NCBI GenBank assembly: GCA_050287085.1 | Contig: JBNKBE010000021.1 | Span: 44,602 to 108,601, forward strand | Length of the DNA: 64,000 nucleotides | Source: Polyangiaceae bacterium | GTDB taxonomy: Bacteria; Myxococcota_A; Polyangia; Polyangiales; Polyangiaceae | Direction of reading: 5' to 3' | The notes under the pieces: generated by a model | Seen by the model: the letters and a program-made list of their open reading frames with translations, nothing else | Databases searched by the model: none | Told to the model about the DNA's origin: nothing | Program-made: the position numbers and the translations under genes | Shown here: piece by piece, positions 1-9,220 of the stretch | Layout: each line of letters starts with the position of its first letter | Position numbering within the stretch: the stretch's first letter is position 1

Positions 1-10
1 GTGACCCGCA

Positions 11-1402
11 TCAGCGAACCTTCACCCGTGAAATGAGCTCTTCGAGCAGCTGGTCGGCGGTGCTTAGCACCTGGGATGCGGCTTGAAACGCCCGCTGGTA
101 CTTGGTGAGAGCGACCATTTCCTCGTCGAGGTTGACGCCACTGGTCGCCTCTCGCATGGTAAATAGTTGCTCTTCGATGCCCCTTCGCACGACTACGTCT
201 TGTTCAGCTTGTGCTTTGCGGGAGCCGACGTCCGCGACGATGGCGCCGTAGGCCTCAGCCCCGGTGCGTGTGCCGCCTTGAGCGTAACGCTGGTCGGCGA
301 GTTGCGACAGGGCGATCGCGTTGTTGCCATCGCCCGGTATCCCCGTGGGCGTGGCGGATGCTGCCACGCGTTGCACCGTAAGCGCTGGATTGAGTCGTAT
401 CTCGCGTGCGGCGCCGAGCGTTGCCGTGCTGAAGTCGAAAAGGTCTAGGCCCGTTGAACCATCAAGTCCGAACCCGGCTTGGTGTTGAGCGTTGAGGGCG
501 TCGCCCACCTCCTGGGCGAAGTCGTCCAGTTGCGACAGGATCTGGACAGCATGGACGTCGTGAAGCTCCCGTATCGCTCCCAGGCGACCCGCCGTTACGA
601 ACTTGGTGATTTCGCTTTGCGCTCCAGAGGCGCTCACCGCCGAGATCTTGAGGGAGCTGTCGTCCGCCAGGCTAACGCGGAGCGTTCGATAGACGTCACC
701 TTCTACCAGCACAGTGCCCGCGCCTTGGATGACGAGCTGTCCTTTCTCGTTCTCGAAGGTGTGAACGTTGACAAGTTCACTGAGGGAACCGATCAGCTGA
801 TCGCGCTTGTCCCGAAGGTCAGAAGCGTCGTGACCACCGGCTTCGGCGGTCTGGATCTGTTTGGTGACCTTGGCGATATCCTCCGTCAGGCGATTTACCT
901 GTTCGGTGGCGTCAACGGCCTGCTCCGTGAGGTCCGTTCTAAAGCGCGAGACCTGGCTAGCGGTTTCGTTGAGCCGTGTGGCGAATTGGTCTGCTCGCGA
1001 GAGGACTGCCGCGCGCGAGGATAGATTGCTTGGATCCGTGGACAGTTGACTGAAGGCGGCGAAGAGATCGGTCAGGGCCGAGCCCACGTCCTGGCCAGAA
1101 TTTACGTCGAAGAGGGACTCAACGTAACCCAGCATTCGATCGCTTTCTTCCGCACTGGCGGACATGCCGAGCGCCGCATAGTGCCGCTGGACGGCGAAGT
1201 TGTCGACGAGGCGGTCGACGCCGCGAACGACAACGGTTCCGAAGCTCGCGTCGCCGAGCGGAAGCGACTCCAGGTTCGCGCGGCGACGCGCATATCCAGG
1301 CGTATTGACGTTGGCGACGTTTTGGCCAGTTACGCCGAGGCCATACGACTGTGCGCTGATCGCGTCGCGCGCCGTATTGAGAATGTCGCTGAGTCCGGCC
1401 AT
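11..1402 (-). CDS. flgK: Flagellar hook-associated protein 1
   Basis: N-terminal GQNVANVNTPGYARR and C-terminal SGVNLDEEMVALTKYQRAFQAAS axial-protein motifs, internal DLRDKRDQL. Confidence 0.96.
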   Translation of the reverse strand: MAGLSDILNTARDAISAQSYGLGVTGQNVANVNTPGYARRRANLESLPLGDASFGTVVVRGVDRLVDNFAVQRHYAALGMSASAEESDRMLGYVESLFDVNSGQDVGSALTDLFAAFSQLSTDPSNLSSRAAVLSRADQFATRLNETASQVSRFRTDLTEQAVDATEQVNRLTEDIAKVTKQIQTAEAGGHDASDLRDKRDQLIGSLSELVNVHTFENEKGQLVIQGAGTVLVEGDVYRTLRVSLADDSSLKISAVSASGAQSEITKFVTAGRLGAIRELHDVHAVQILSQLDDFAQEVGDALNAQHQAGFGLDGSTGLDLFDFSTATLGAAREIRLNPALTVQRVAASATPTGIPGDGNNAIALSQLADQRYAQGGTRTGAEAYGAIVADVGSRKAQAEQDVVVRRGIEEQLFTMREATSGVNLDEEMVALTKYQRAFQAASQVLSTADQLLEELISRVKVR

Positions 1403-1453
1403 AGGTCATCGTCTCGTCGCGGGGGGAATTCGTGGCGCGACTGTTGGTGGAGC

Positions 1454-1469
1454 AGCAAGAGTGATGCCA
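1454..1469 (-). promoter_or_regulatory. Sigma-54 (-24/-12) promoter for flgK
   Basis: Minus strand TGGCATCACTCTTGCT = GG-N10-GC with TGGCA and TTGC, about 50 bp upstream of the flgK ATG. Confidence 0.75.
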
Positions 1470-1745
1470 TCCCGGACGCCTCTGAAGTCGCCTGCCATGG
1501 GCCGCCCGGGGGTAGCGCGTTGGGGAGAGCGCCATGAGACAGCCGCTGGGGCCGCCAGCCGCGTGGCGCCCGAAAGGCAACGCGTCCGAGCCTTCCGTCT
1601 GAAGCAGCATCGGGGCAGCCTCACCCCCGGACTGCGGCGCGGGCGTCAGCAACACGTCTCGAGCACCAAGCTTCCAAGGTGGAGCGAGTCCCGAGGGGCA
1701 GGAACGCGGTGGCGGGCGAGGCGCTGCGCGGTGGCGGGCAGGAAG

Positions 1746-2093
1746 CTACCCGCGGATGTTCACGGCGAGCGGTCGTGGTGCGACTTTTGAGGCTTGTCCA
1801 CCAGCACCCGGTAGGGTGGCGCCGGCCAGCATCTGCAGGACACCCTGGGTGCACGCCCGGGCGTGAGCCAGCAGGCGCTGGTTCTCAATCGCGCTGCGGC
1901 GCAGTGAGGTCAGTCGCGTCACGGCCGAGTCCGAAGCCGCGTTCGGGATCGGTAGCTGCTTGAGCCGCACGTCCAACGCGAGCTTGCGTTCCGCGGCTTG
2001 TTCAATGGCGGTGCGGTCGAGGCGTCGAAGCGCCTCCCGCTCGTCGCCGAGGATCTGCTCGAATTCGTCCAGGAGCAGATCGAGCTGCGTCAC
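1746..2093 (-). CDS. flgN: Flagellar export chaperone FlgN-like
   Basis: Helical 115 aa protein (LxxEREAL...ENQRLL) between flgM and flgK. Confidence 0.75.
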   Translation of the reverse strand: MTQLDLLLDEFEQILGDEREALRRLDRTAIEQAAERKLALDVRLKQLPIPNAASDSAVTRLTSLRRSAIENQRLLAHARACTQGVLQMLAGATLPGAGGQASKVAPRPLAVNIRG

Positions 2094-2378
2094 TTATAGA
2101 CTCCCGCTTTCGAGCATACGCTGCGCGACATGGGTGGAGTCCACCCGGAAGGTGCCGTCCGCAATGGCGGCTCTCAGGGCGTCGACCTTGGCGTGATTGA
2201 CTTGACCAGAGCTGGCCGCCAAGGACTGCGCTTCAGCCGAGATGGAGACCTTGGCTGCTTCGCTTGCACTGCCTCGTGTGGTACTCGAGGTCCCTTCCGT
2301 ACGCTGCTGGGGCGCGACGGGTTTGACCGCCATGCGTTGGTATGCGTCGAGGGCTGGGTTTCCGGTAATTCCCTTCAT
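2094..2378 (-). CDS. flgM: Anti-sigma-28 factor
   Basis: KVSISAEA...AKVDALRAAIADGTFRVDSTHVAQRML motif; GGAGG Shine-Dalgarno upstream. Confidence 0.92.
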   Translation of the reverse strand: MKGITGNPALDAYQRMAVKPVAPQQRTEGTSSTTRGSASEAAKVSISAEAQSLAASSGQVNHAKVDALRAAIADGTFRVDSTHVAQRMLESGSL

Positions 2379-2448
2379 ACTAATCCTCCATCATGTTGAA
2401 GACTCGGGGCACGGCTCTTCTTCGAGCCTTCGTGGATGCCATACACAT

Positions 2449-2475
2449 ACATCGGCTAGCGCGGCCGCTTCTTGA
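2449..2475 (-). promoter_or_regulatory. Sigma-28 (FliA) promoter for flgM-flgN
   Basis: Minus strand TCAA-N15-GCCGATGT versus consensus TAAA-N15-GCCGATAA, 70 bp upstream of flgM. Confidence 0.7.
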
Positions 2476-2524
2476 GGAAGTTCTGCGCTCTTTTTTTACA
2501 TGTGGCATCGCCGATGACCTTTGG

Positions 2525-2923
2525 TCATTTCAGTGTGTGTTGTGATGAAACAGGGTTAGGGGTAGGAGAAGGGGAGTGTACCGGTGTGGGGCCCCCGCGG
2601 GCTGCGTCTCCGGATTCGGAGGCGGAAGAAGGTGTTGGGGAGGCGGGACGTCCGCTGAGTGCTTCGAGCACCAGAGCTGAAAGGCCGATGCCATCCCCTT
2701 GGGTTACGTTGTCCGCGATGGCTCCTACCAGCATTGAACCGTAGACGGCGGAGCCGGTCCGGCTCTGACCCCCAAAAGCGTTGGTCTGCTCGAGAGAGCT
2801 TAGCATCTGACGGACGAAAATCGCCTCGAACTGACGCGCGGCTTGCAAACGCGCCGTCTCTTCGGGCCTGCGCGTCAGCGCGGTGTCCTGGGGGGTTGGG
2901 GGAAGAGCTCCGAGCGGAATCAT
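2525..2923 (-). CDS. flgJ: Rod-binding protein, single-domain FlgJ without muramidase
   Basis: LQAARQFEAIFVRQML...GIGLS motif; directly follows flgI. Confidence 0.85.
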   Translation of the reverse strand: MIPLGALPPTPQDTALTRRPEETARLQAARQFEAIFVRQMLSSLEQTNAFGGQSRTGSAVYGSMLVGAIADNVTQGDGIGLSALVLEALSGRPASPTPSSASESGDAARGGPTPVHSPSPTPNPVSSQHTLK

Positions 2924-4032
2924 TGAACGAGTACCTCGGCACGCAGCGCACCGGCTGAACGAAGGGCTTGCAAGATGCTTGCCAGTTCTCGCGGCGGCAC
3001 TCCGAAGGTTGCGAGTGCCTGAGCTACTTCGGCAAGCGAGTTGGCCCCGTCCAGGTATGCCACGGTGGGCTTCTCCTCGCTCGCGTCCACCTCGCTATCG
3101 GGGACGACCTGCGTGTTGCCACCCGCGAGAGCGTTTGGCTGTTCAACGCGGGGCTTCTCCGAAACCGTAATGGTAATACCGCCTTGCGCGATAGCGACGG
3201 GAAGCAGGCGCACGTCACCACCGGCGACGATGGTGCCGGTGCGCTCGTTGATGACAACCACCGCGGCTGCCTCAGGCGTCACGTCCAGGGTGCTGAGCTC
3301 GGAGAGAAGTTGAACGCTACGTCCCTTGTAATTCTTGCCGAGCTTGACCGAGATGGCCCCACCGTCGAGCGCCTTCGCGGTGCCCTGACCTAATTTTTCC
3401 TCAATGGCGCTCACGATGCGCTGGGCGGTGACAAAGTCTGGGCGCCGAAGTGCCAGCGTAATGACACCGTCTTCGGCATAGGCCATTTTGATTTCACGTT
3501 CCACCAGCGCACCACCGGGAATGCGTGCCGTGTTGGTCGTACCCGAGCGCACGCTGCTTCCAGAGGAGCCGCCCGCCGAAAACCCACCGATGACCAGGGG
3601 GCCTTGCGCCACCGCATAGGTCTTCCGATCGGCACCGCGCACGGCCGTTTGAACCAGAACTCCGCCCCGCAGGGAACGGGCGTTGCCGATCGATGAGATG
3701 GTTACGTCGAGCCGAGCTCCAGAGCGGGCGAAGGCTGGAATATCGGCCGTCACCATGACCGCGGCCACGTTCTTCAGCCGAAGCTGGCTTGCGTCCACTT
3801 GAACGCCCAGGCGGCGGAGCAGCGCTCTGAGCGACTGCATGGCAAAGGGGGCGCTGACGTCATCCCCGGTACCGTCCAGTCCGGTGACAACCCCGTAGCC
3901 GACGAGCTGGTTGTCGCGAACACCCACGACATGACACAGGTCCAAAAGGCGGTCTGCCCGTGCACTTCGCGGCACCAGAGCAGCGACTAGACCGAGTAGG
4001 AGGGCTACGAGGGGAAGAATACTTCGGGGCAT
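2920..4032 (-). CDS. flgI: Flagellar P-ring protein
   Basis: GVRDNQLVGYGVVTGLDGTGD, NVAAVMVTA, INERTGTIV, LQALRSAGALRAE. Confidence 0.97.
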   Translation of the reverse strand: MPRSILPLVALLLGLVAALVPRSARADRLLDLCHVVGVRDNQLVGYGVVTGLDGTGDDVSAPFAMQSLRALLRRLGVQVDASQLRLKNVAAVMVTADIPAFARSGARLDVTISSIGNARSLRGGVLVQTAVRGADRKTYAVAQGPLVIGGFSAGGSSGSSVRSGTTNTARIPGGALVEREIKMAYAEDGVITLALRRPDFVTAQRIVSAIEEKLGQGTAKALDGGAISVKLGKNYKGRSVQLLSELSTLDVTPEAAAVVVINERTGTIVAGGDVRLLPVAIAQGGITITVSEKPRVEQPNALAGGNTQVVPDSEVDASEEKPTVAYLDGANSLAEVAQALATFGVPPRELASILQALRSAGALRAEVLVQ

Positions 4033-4790
4033 CAGAATGGGTTTATCCAGTCGAGCGTTTGGGTCAGCCAGCCGCGGTTTACTGTTTGATCTATATCGCC
4101 TCGCCCGGTGAACTCGACTTGGGCATCGGCAATGCGCGATGAGGAGACCGAGTTGTCCATGGCGATATCGGAGGGGCGTACCAGACCGGAGACGTAGAGG
4201 TGATACTCCTCGTGATTGATCATCACGACCTTGGTGCCTTCGACGAATAGGTCGCCATTGGGGACCTCAGCCTTGACGCGAACGGCTACGGCGCCTTGCA
4301 ACTGCCCGGCCCGACTTGTCTGGCCGTCGCCCTTGAAGCTGGTTTTACTGAGGATTGAAATGAGCTCCTCAGTATTGATTTCGGGGTGCGCATCTCGCAG
4401 CGCCGGCAGCAGTCCAAGCATGGAGCTGATGCCGTCTTCGCGTGATGTTTCGTGATTGAGTGCGGTCTTGGCGCCCCCTTTTGCATCCGCTCGCTCCTCG
4501 ATTCGAATGAGTACGATGTCTCCCACCCGAACCGCGCGCGTGTCCTCCAGGTAGCCAGCGCTGGCTTCGCTGTAGATTGAGCCCTGGGCGGGTGCGGCGT
4601 CCTCGCGCGTCTGGGCGTATGAACCCGTTTCGTACACGCGTGACTTGGGCTTGAATGGGGCGATATGCGCAGGCCCGCAAGCGGTCGCGAGCCACAACAA
4701 CGCGGCCACTGAGCTCGAGCTACGGAACGTGCGTGTATTTGGGTGGATGAGCAGGGACGCCGGGGGCGTTCGGAATGGAAGCTGCGTCAT
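4032..4790 (-). CDS. flgH: Flagellar L-ring lipoprotein
   Basis: Lipobox LATAC, DTRAVRVGDIV, PNGDLFVEGTK, GLVRPSDI, SSRIADA, GWL...PF; ATG overlaps the flgA stop. Confidence 0.93.
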   Translation of the reverse strand: MTQLPFRTPPASLLIHPNTRTFRSSSSVAALLWLATACGPAHIAPFKPKSRVYETGSYAQTREDAAPAQGSIYSEASAGYLEDTRAVRVGDIVLIRIEERADAKGGAKTALNHETSREDGISSMLGLLPALRDAHPEINTEELISILSKTSFKGDGQTSRAGQLQGAVAVRVKAEVPNGDLFVEGTKVVMINHEEYHLYVSGLVRPSDIAMDNSVSSSRIADAQVEFTGRGDIDQTVNRGWLTQTLDWINPF

Positions 4791-5581
4791 TGTGGGCCTG
4801 TCACGGCCGCGGTATTGGCGCTGACCAAACGCGCTCGCAGCACACGGCCCGTGCTGACTATCCGAAATGTCCCTTCTTCTCCCACGTCCAGGCTTTGAAG
4901 GGCCGTGGCGCGGGCACCCACCGTTGCATTGCCCGTGTGGATCTCGAGTAGCACGGCGGCGCCCCGGACCGCTGCATGCCGAGCCGCGGACGCGTCCAGC
5001 TGCAAGAAGACGGTGAGGGGAACCTGCTGGTAGGGGGTGTGGTCGATGAGCAGTTCGGCGGTGAAGGTGGTCCGCACCACCCCGACCCGTTTGGGAAGCT
5101 TGGGAACTCGGACATTGCCCCACTCGATGTCGTCGGAGATCAGCACGGCGTGATTGGCCGTCACCGCGCGGAGCGTGACCCCCGCGGGCAAGGCGCGCCG
5201 TATGTGTGGCGTCGCGAGTTGAGCCAGTTCTGCGGCCGCCACTCTTCTGCCTGCCTTCTCCGCCACTACGAGCCGCGGTAGCGTGAAGTCCTTGGGGTCA
5301 AAGCCGGCGGCGCGTATTTGATGTTCTAGCTGGGCCAGGGTGAAGGTGCGGCGTTGTCCCGGGTGCGGGGCAGGACCCAGGTCGATGCTGCGGGCGGGCT
5401 CTTCCAGAGCTTCGACAACCTCGCCGAGCTCCACGCGAGCGCCAGCGATCGGGCGAGCGTCGTCCCCGGAGGCAAAGGCGCGGACGGCGCCGAAGAACAA
5501 GGCTGCCACCGCGCCGCGCCGTACCCAGGTTGCATGGCGTGACCACTTGCGCTTGTGTGGACGGGAGCGTTTTTTTGCCAT
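4787..5581 (-). CDS. flgA: P-ring assembly chaperone
   Basis: Signal peptide; C-terminal VRGAAV...ATALQSLDVGE...VSTGRVLRARL; located between flgG and flgH. Confidence 0.75.
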   Translation of the reverse strand: MAKKRSRPHKRKWSRHATWVRRGAVAALFFGAVRAFASGDDARPIAGARVELGEVVEALEEPARSIDLGPAPHPGQRRTFTLAQLEHQIRAAGFDPKDFTLPRLVVAEKAGRRVAAAELAQLATPHIRRALPAGVTLRAVTANHAVLISDDIEWGNVRVPKLPKRVGVVRTTFTAELLIDHTPYQQVPLTVFLQLDASAARHAAVRGAAVLLEIHTGNATVGARATALQSLDVGEEGTFRIVSTGRVLRARLVSANTAAVTGPQ

Positions 5582-6366
5582 TACTTCATCTGGGTTGCGG
5601 CGCGCAGCATGTCGTCAGCCGCGGTGATAATCTTGGAGTTGACTTCGTAGGCGCGCTGCGTGGATATCAGCCCGACCATTTCGGAGACGACGTCCACGTT
5701 CGACTTCTCGAGCGCACCTTGCAGGAGGGCGCCTCGACTGTCCGTTCCAGGGGCTCCGACCTGCGGATCGCCGCTGGCGGATGTCGCGAGATATAGATTT
5801 CGACCGAGCGAGCTTAACCCTGCCGGGTTCACGAATGCCGCAGTATTGATCTGGCCGAGCTGCGCCGGTGCTGCCTGCCCGTGCAGAGTAGCGTTGACCG
5901 TGCCGTCCGCACCCACGCTTACACTGAGCGCGTCGGGGGGGATAAGGATCGGGGGGTCGAGCGCGAAACCCTCAGCCGTGACGAGCTGACCCTGAGAGTC
6001 TTTCTGCAGGGCTCCCGAGCGCGTGTACGCGGGCACGCCGTCCGGCTGCTGGACGACAAAGAATCCGTCGCCCTCAATGGCGAGATCGAGAGGGGCGTCG
6101 GTCACCAAGATAGTGCCTTGGGAGAACTGGCGAGACGTGCCGGCCACTTTGACTCCGCTTCCGAGCTGGAGCCCGGTCGGTGACGCGGTATTGGCGTTCG
6201 TCTGACTGCCTGCGGCGCGCACCGTCTGGTAGAGCAGGTCCTGAAAGTCGATTCGCTGTTTCTTGTAGCCGTTGGTATTGGCGTTTGCGATGTTGTTGGC
6301 GATGCCGTCGAGCTGAGTCTGCTGTGCGGACATACCCGTCGCCGCAATATTCAAGGAACGAAACAT
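5581..6366 (-). CDS. flgG: Distal basal-body rod protein
   Basis: MFRSLNIAATGM...ANNIANANTNGYKK, FQDLLYQ, LEKSNVDVVSEMV; 261 aa. Confidence 0.97.
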   Translation of the reverse strand: MFRSLNIAATGMSAQQTQLDGIANNIANANTNGYKKQRIDFQDLLYQTVRAAGSQTNANTASPTGLQLGSGVKVAGTSRQFSQGTILVTDAPLDLAIEGDGFFVVQQPDGVPAYTRSGALQKDSQGQLVTAEGFALDPPILIPPDALSVSVGADGTVNATLHGQAAPAQLGQINTAAFVNPAGLSSLGRNLYLATSASGDPQVGAPGTDSRGALLQGALEKSNVDVVSEMVGLISTQRAYEVNSKIITAADDMLRAATQMK

Positions 6367-6378
6367 GATCTTCCTTGC

Positions 6379-6394
6379 TGCAATAGCGATGCCA
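6379..6394 (-). promoter_or_regulatory. Sigma-54 promoter for the flgG operon
   Basis: Minus strand TGGCATCGCTATTGCA (GG-N10-GC). Confidence 0.75.
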
Positions 6395-6437
6395 TCAGGT
6401 TCGGCGAAAAAGCCTCAAGGATATGGCTTCGCTGCCG

Positions 6438-6641
6438 TTAAGGCGCTGCCGCATCCGTCGAAACTTCGACACCACCGTCAGCGGGATAACTCTCAGGGCT
6501 TGCCGCGTCAGATTCGTTGCGGAGTTGGCACCAGGTAAGTCGACAGCGGTAGTCGGGAGGACAGTCCGATTGTCGTAGGCACTGTACCTCGGTGCAGCCG
6601 GTCACTAGTAGCAGCCATGGGAGGGTGAGCAGAACGCGCAT
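6438..6641 (-). CDS. Small Cys-rich lipoprotein (67 aa)
   Basis: MRVLLTLPWLLLVTG-C lipobox followed by C-x5-C-x5-C-x4-C; starts 2 bp after the upstream stop. Confidence 0.7.
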   Translation of the reverse strand: MRVLLTLPWLLLVTGCTEVQCLRQSDCPPDYRCRLTWCQLRNESDAASPESYPADGGVEVSTDAAAP

Positions 6642-6643
6642 CG

Positions 6644-7252
6644 TTAGAATCCCACGCGAAAGCCGAGATCGGCCGTTAGCCAAGTCAAAACAGAATCCGG
6701 AGTGGGGCGATCGCTTCCAAGGGGGAATGACGCGAGACCGAGCTCCGCGCTGAGAGCGAGTTCGTCGGTGAAGCGAAAGATATAGCCACCGCCTGCGCGA
6801 GCGCCGAGCAGGGTGCGAGGACGCCAAACCAAGATGGGACCGACGAATCCGGTCAATCCCCAGGGCAAGGTAGCTCTGCCGTGGAAAGCCAGTCCGAAGG
6901 AACCGCTCCGCTCGAGTTCGAACACGCCGAAGAGTCCCATGCTGAAGGGTGTTTCGCTGCCGCCCCATTCCCCACCCAACGTCATGCGCGTTCGCGCGCG
7001 GTGCCAGTAGAGATTGCCCGTTCCAGGATCCGCCCCTTCGATCCCGGTGCCTAGGGCGAGCACTCCTTCAACCTGTCGCGGTCCATCTGCCCGGGCGTGG
7101 GGGCACCAAGTCACCGCGGCCAATGCGAGCAGGCAGGCGTGCGCAGCAACCCGCCCCAGTGCGATTCGGGGCGCGGTTGTTCTGGCGCCAGTATCGGTCG
7201 CCGCGCGGGCGCGCCCGGCGGCGGAGACGCGGCAGCCCGTCTTGAAGGTCAT
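6644..7252 (-). CDS. Putative outer-membrane beta-barrel protein
   Basis: Signal peptide ending AxA, alternating Gly/hydrophobic strands, C-terminal DLGFRVGF with terminal Phe. Confidence 0.6.
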   Translation of the reverse strand: MTFKTGCRVSAAGRARAATDTGARTTAPRIALGRVAAHACLLALAAVTWCPHARADGPRQVEGVLALGTGIEGADPGTGNLYWHRARTRMTLGGEWGGSETPFSMGLFGVFELERSGSFGLAFHGRATLPWGLTGFVGPILVWRPRTLLGARAGGGYIFRFTDELALSAELGLASFPLGSDRPTPDSVLTWLTADLGFRVGF

Positions 7253-7263
7253 GCGGTCCGGCC

Positions 7264-8373
7264 TCAGGCGGCGCGATTGATGCGCTTGCGCTTCAACATC
7301 TCGACCAGCGTCGTCCGGTTGAGACGAAGCAAGGTGGCGGCGCGATTCTTGTTCCAGCCTGTTCGGTCGAGGGCCTGCTTGATCAGTTCGTTCTCGAAGG
7401 ACTCGACGGCCTGTCGCAGGTCCAGGCCCAGTTCTGGCAGCTGTGGCGAGGCGCTGCTCTGAGGAGAGTCGCCCAATCCACGCAGTTTCGCAGGGAGATC
7501 TTTGGGTTCGATGCGCTCACCGTTGCAGAGCAGTAGCGCTCGCTCGATTGTATTCTCAAGCTCGCGCACGTTTCCAGGCCAGTCGTAAGACGCCAGTAGC
7601 TGCCGGGTGGCGGCGGCCAGCGGGCGCGAAGCCCGCCCCGTCTTATGCGCCGCGCGATCCATGAAGTGTGCAACGAGGGTCGGAATGTCGCTTGCACGTC
7701 GGCGGAGGGGAGGCACTTGCAGATGAATCACGTTGAGGCGGTAGTACAGATCTTGTCTGAACGTGCCCTTGTTCACGGCGTCCTCGAGATCGATATTGGT
7801 AGCCGCGACGACCCGCACATCGGCTTTGAGGGTGCGCGTATCGCCGACTGGTGAATACTCGTGGGCCTGGAGAACGCGCAGAAGCTTGACCTGAAGCGAG
7901 AGCGGCATCTCTCCAATTTCGTCGAGAAAGAGCGTTCCCTTGTCAGCAAGGCCGATGCGTCCAACCTTCGACGTATGGGCTCCCGTGAATGCGCCGCGGG
8001 CGTGGCCAAATAGCTCGCTCTCGAGCAGGTTTTCCGGGATGGCGCCGCAGTTGACCGCGACAAATGGACCGTTCGCGCGGTCGCTTACCTGATGTACCGA
8101 GCGGGCCACCAGTTCTTTGCCGGTTCCGCTTTCGCCTGTGATCAGGACCGTGCAGGCCGTGTCCGCGACTCGATCGACCACCTCGAATACCTCGACCAGC
8201 TCGTCGGCACCACCTACTACGTGAGCCATCGAGCGTGGACGAGGCCGACTTGGCTCCACTGGGGCACTCGCGACAGCGTCGAAGTCTTCCTGGCCGTCGT
8301 TCCCGTTGGCCACCCAGCTTTCGGTGCCATCAAGTACGAGCTCAGAAAGGTAGTCTGCTTGTTGCTTGTCCAT
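7264..8373 (-). CDS. Sigma-54-dependent Fis-family activator, probable FleQ/FlrA-like flagellar master regulator
   Basis: [42 protein letters not shown] and a C-terminal HTH; start placed at MDKQQ, downstream of the promoter motif. Confidence 0.9.
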   Translation of the reverse strand: MDKQQADYLSELVLDGTESWVANGNDGQEDFDAVASAPVEPSRPRPRSMAHVVGGADELVEVFEVVDRVADTACTVLITGESGTGKELVARSVHQVSDRANGPFVAVNCGAIPENLLESELFGHARGAFTGAHTSKVGRIGLADKGTLFLDEIGEMPLSLQVKLLRVLQAHEYSPVGDTRTLKADVRVVAATNIDLEDAVNKGTFRQDLYYRLNVIHLQVPPLRRRASDIPTLVAHFMDRAAHKTGRASRPLAAATRQLLASYDWPGNVRELENTIERALLLCNGERIEPKDLPAKLRGLGDSPQSSASPQLPELGLDLRQAVESFENELIKQALDRTGWNKNRAATLLRLNRTTLVEMLKRKRINRAA

Positions 8374-8444
8374 AGTCTTGTTCACCAGTGCCTTCGGGGA
8401 GGGATGCCAGGACGCGGGAGAGCGCCCATCTCGAAGGGGTAGTG

Positions 8445-8460
8445 AGCAAGCATCGGGCCA
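8445..8460 (-). promoter_or_regulatory. Sigma-54 promoter for the activator gene
   Basis: Minus strand TGGCCCGATGCTTGCT (GG-N10-GC, TTGC). Confidence 0.6.
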
Positions 8461-8645
8461 ACGTCGGGCCATTGGCACAAGCCGTTGGTTTCTTGGCGTT
8501 TTTTCCGCCTGCCTGGCTCTCCAAAGACCACACGGTAACCGGGTGTATCAAGACCGGGGCGAAAGCTAGCGCTCGCTGAGAGACACTTAATAAAGCGTAG
8601 CGATCGCACAGGCTTGTCCCGGGCCTGGGATGCAAGACACCCGTT

Positions 8646-8679
8646 GGGGTAAATTCTACCCCGGGGTCTGAAATTACCC
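8646..8679. promoter_or_regulatory. Candidate tandem enhancer (UAS) sites
   Basis: Palindrome GGGGTA-AATTC-TACCCC next to GGGT-CTGAAATT-ACCC, about 110-140 bp upstream of the flgB sigma-54 motif. Confidence 0.45.
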
Positions 8680-8787
8680 AGATAGTCCTAGCCGACTAAC
8701 TGGGGCTCTTCGTCGGTACAAGCCGCTATTTGCAGGGAAGAACGACGCCGGCCGGGGATCCTCAAACAAAAAAATGCAGAAGTGAGG

Positions 8788-8803
8788 TGGCACGGCGCGT
8801 GCT
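8788..8803 (+). promoter_or_regulatory. Sigma-54 promoter for the flgB operon
   Basis: TGGCACGGCGCGTGCT (TGGCACG, GG-N10-GC) preceded by an A-tract. Confidence 0.75.
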
Positions 8804-8815
8804 CATAGGAATCCC

Positions 8816-9214
8816 GTGGCGGATCTCTTTTCGGGCGTGGCCCCTTTCCAGCGTGCACTCGACTTCCATTTGGAACGGCACAACTTGTTGGCCTCGAACG
8901 TCGCGCATGTGGATACCCCCGGCTACAAGCCGAAGGACGTAGAGCGCACGAGCCACACCGCGTTTGGGGAGGCCTTGAGCGTAGCGATGGCGCGCTCCAA
9001 CCCAACACATATGAACGTGGGGGGGGGCGCCGGCGCAGAAGGTCGCGTTTTCGAAGACCTGAGCGCCGGGGGCGGAGCGGATGGCAACTACGTTTCCTTG
9101 GATCGTGAGGCCGCCAAACTGGCGGCCAATCAGCTGCGCTACGATCTTGTCAGTGTGTTGGTGAGCAGTGAACTGAAGGGGCTGATGTCAGCCGCTGGCG
9201 ACATGAAGGGGTGA
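8816..9214 (+). CDS. flgB: Basal-body rod protein
   Basis: ASNVAHVDTPGYKPKDV, DGNYVSLDRE. Confidence 0.95.
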   Translation: MADLFSGVAPFQRALDFHLERHNLLASNVAHVDTPGYKPKDVERTSHTAFGEALSVAMARSNPTHMNVGGGAGAEGRVFEDLSAGGGADGNYVSLDREAAKLAANQLRYDLVSVLVSSELKGLMSAAGDMKG

Positions 9215-9220
9215 TGTCTG

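Noticed and set aside
1406..1624. 72-aa ORF between flgN and flgK
   Set aside because: Arg/Pro-rich with no recognisable motif; overlaps the flgK sigma-54 promoter
2503..2518. TGGCATCGCCGATGAC as a sigma-54 promoter
   Set aside because: Lacks the -12 GC and points antisense to the operon
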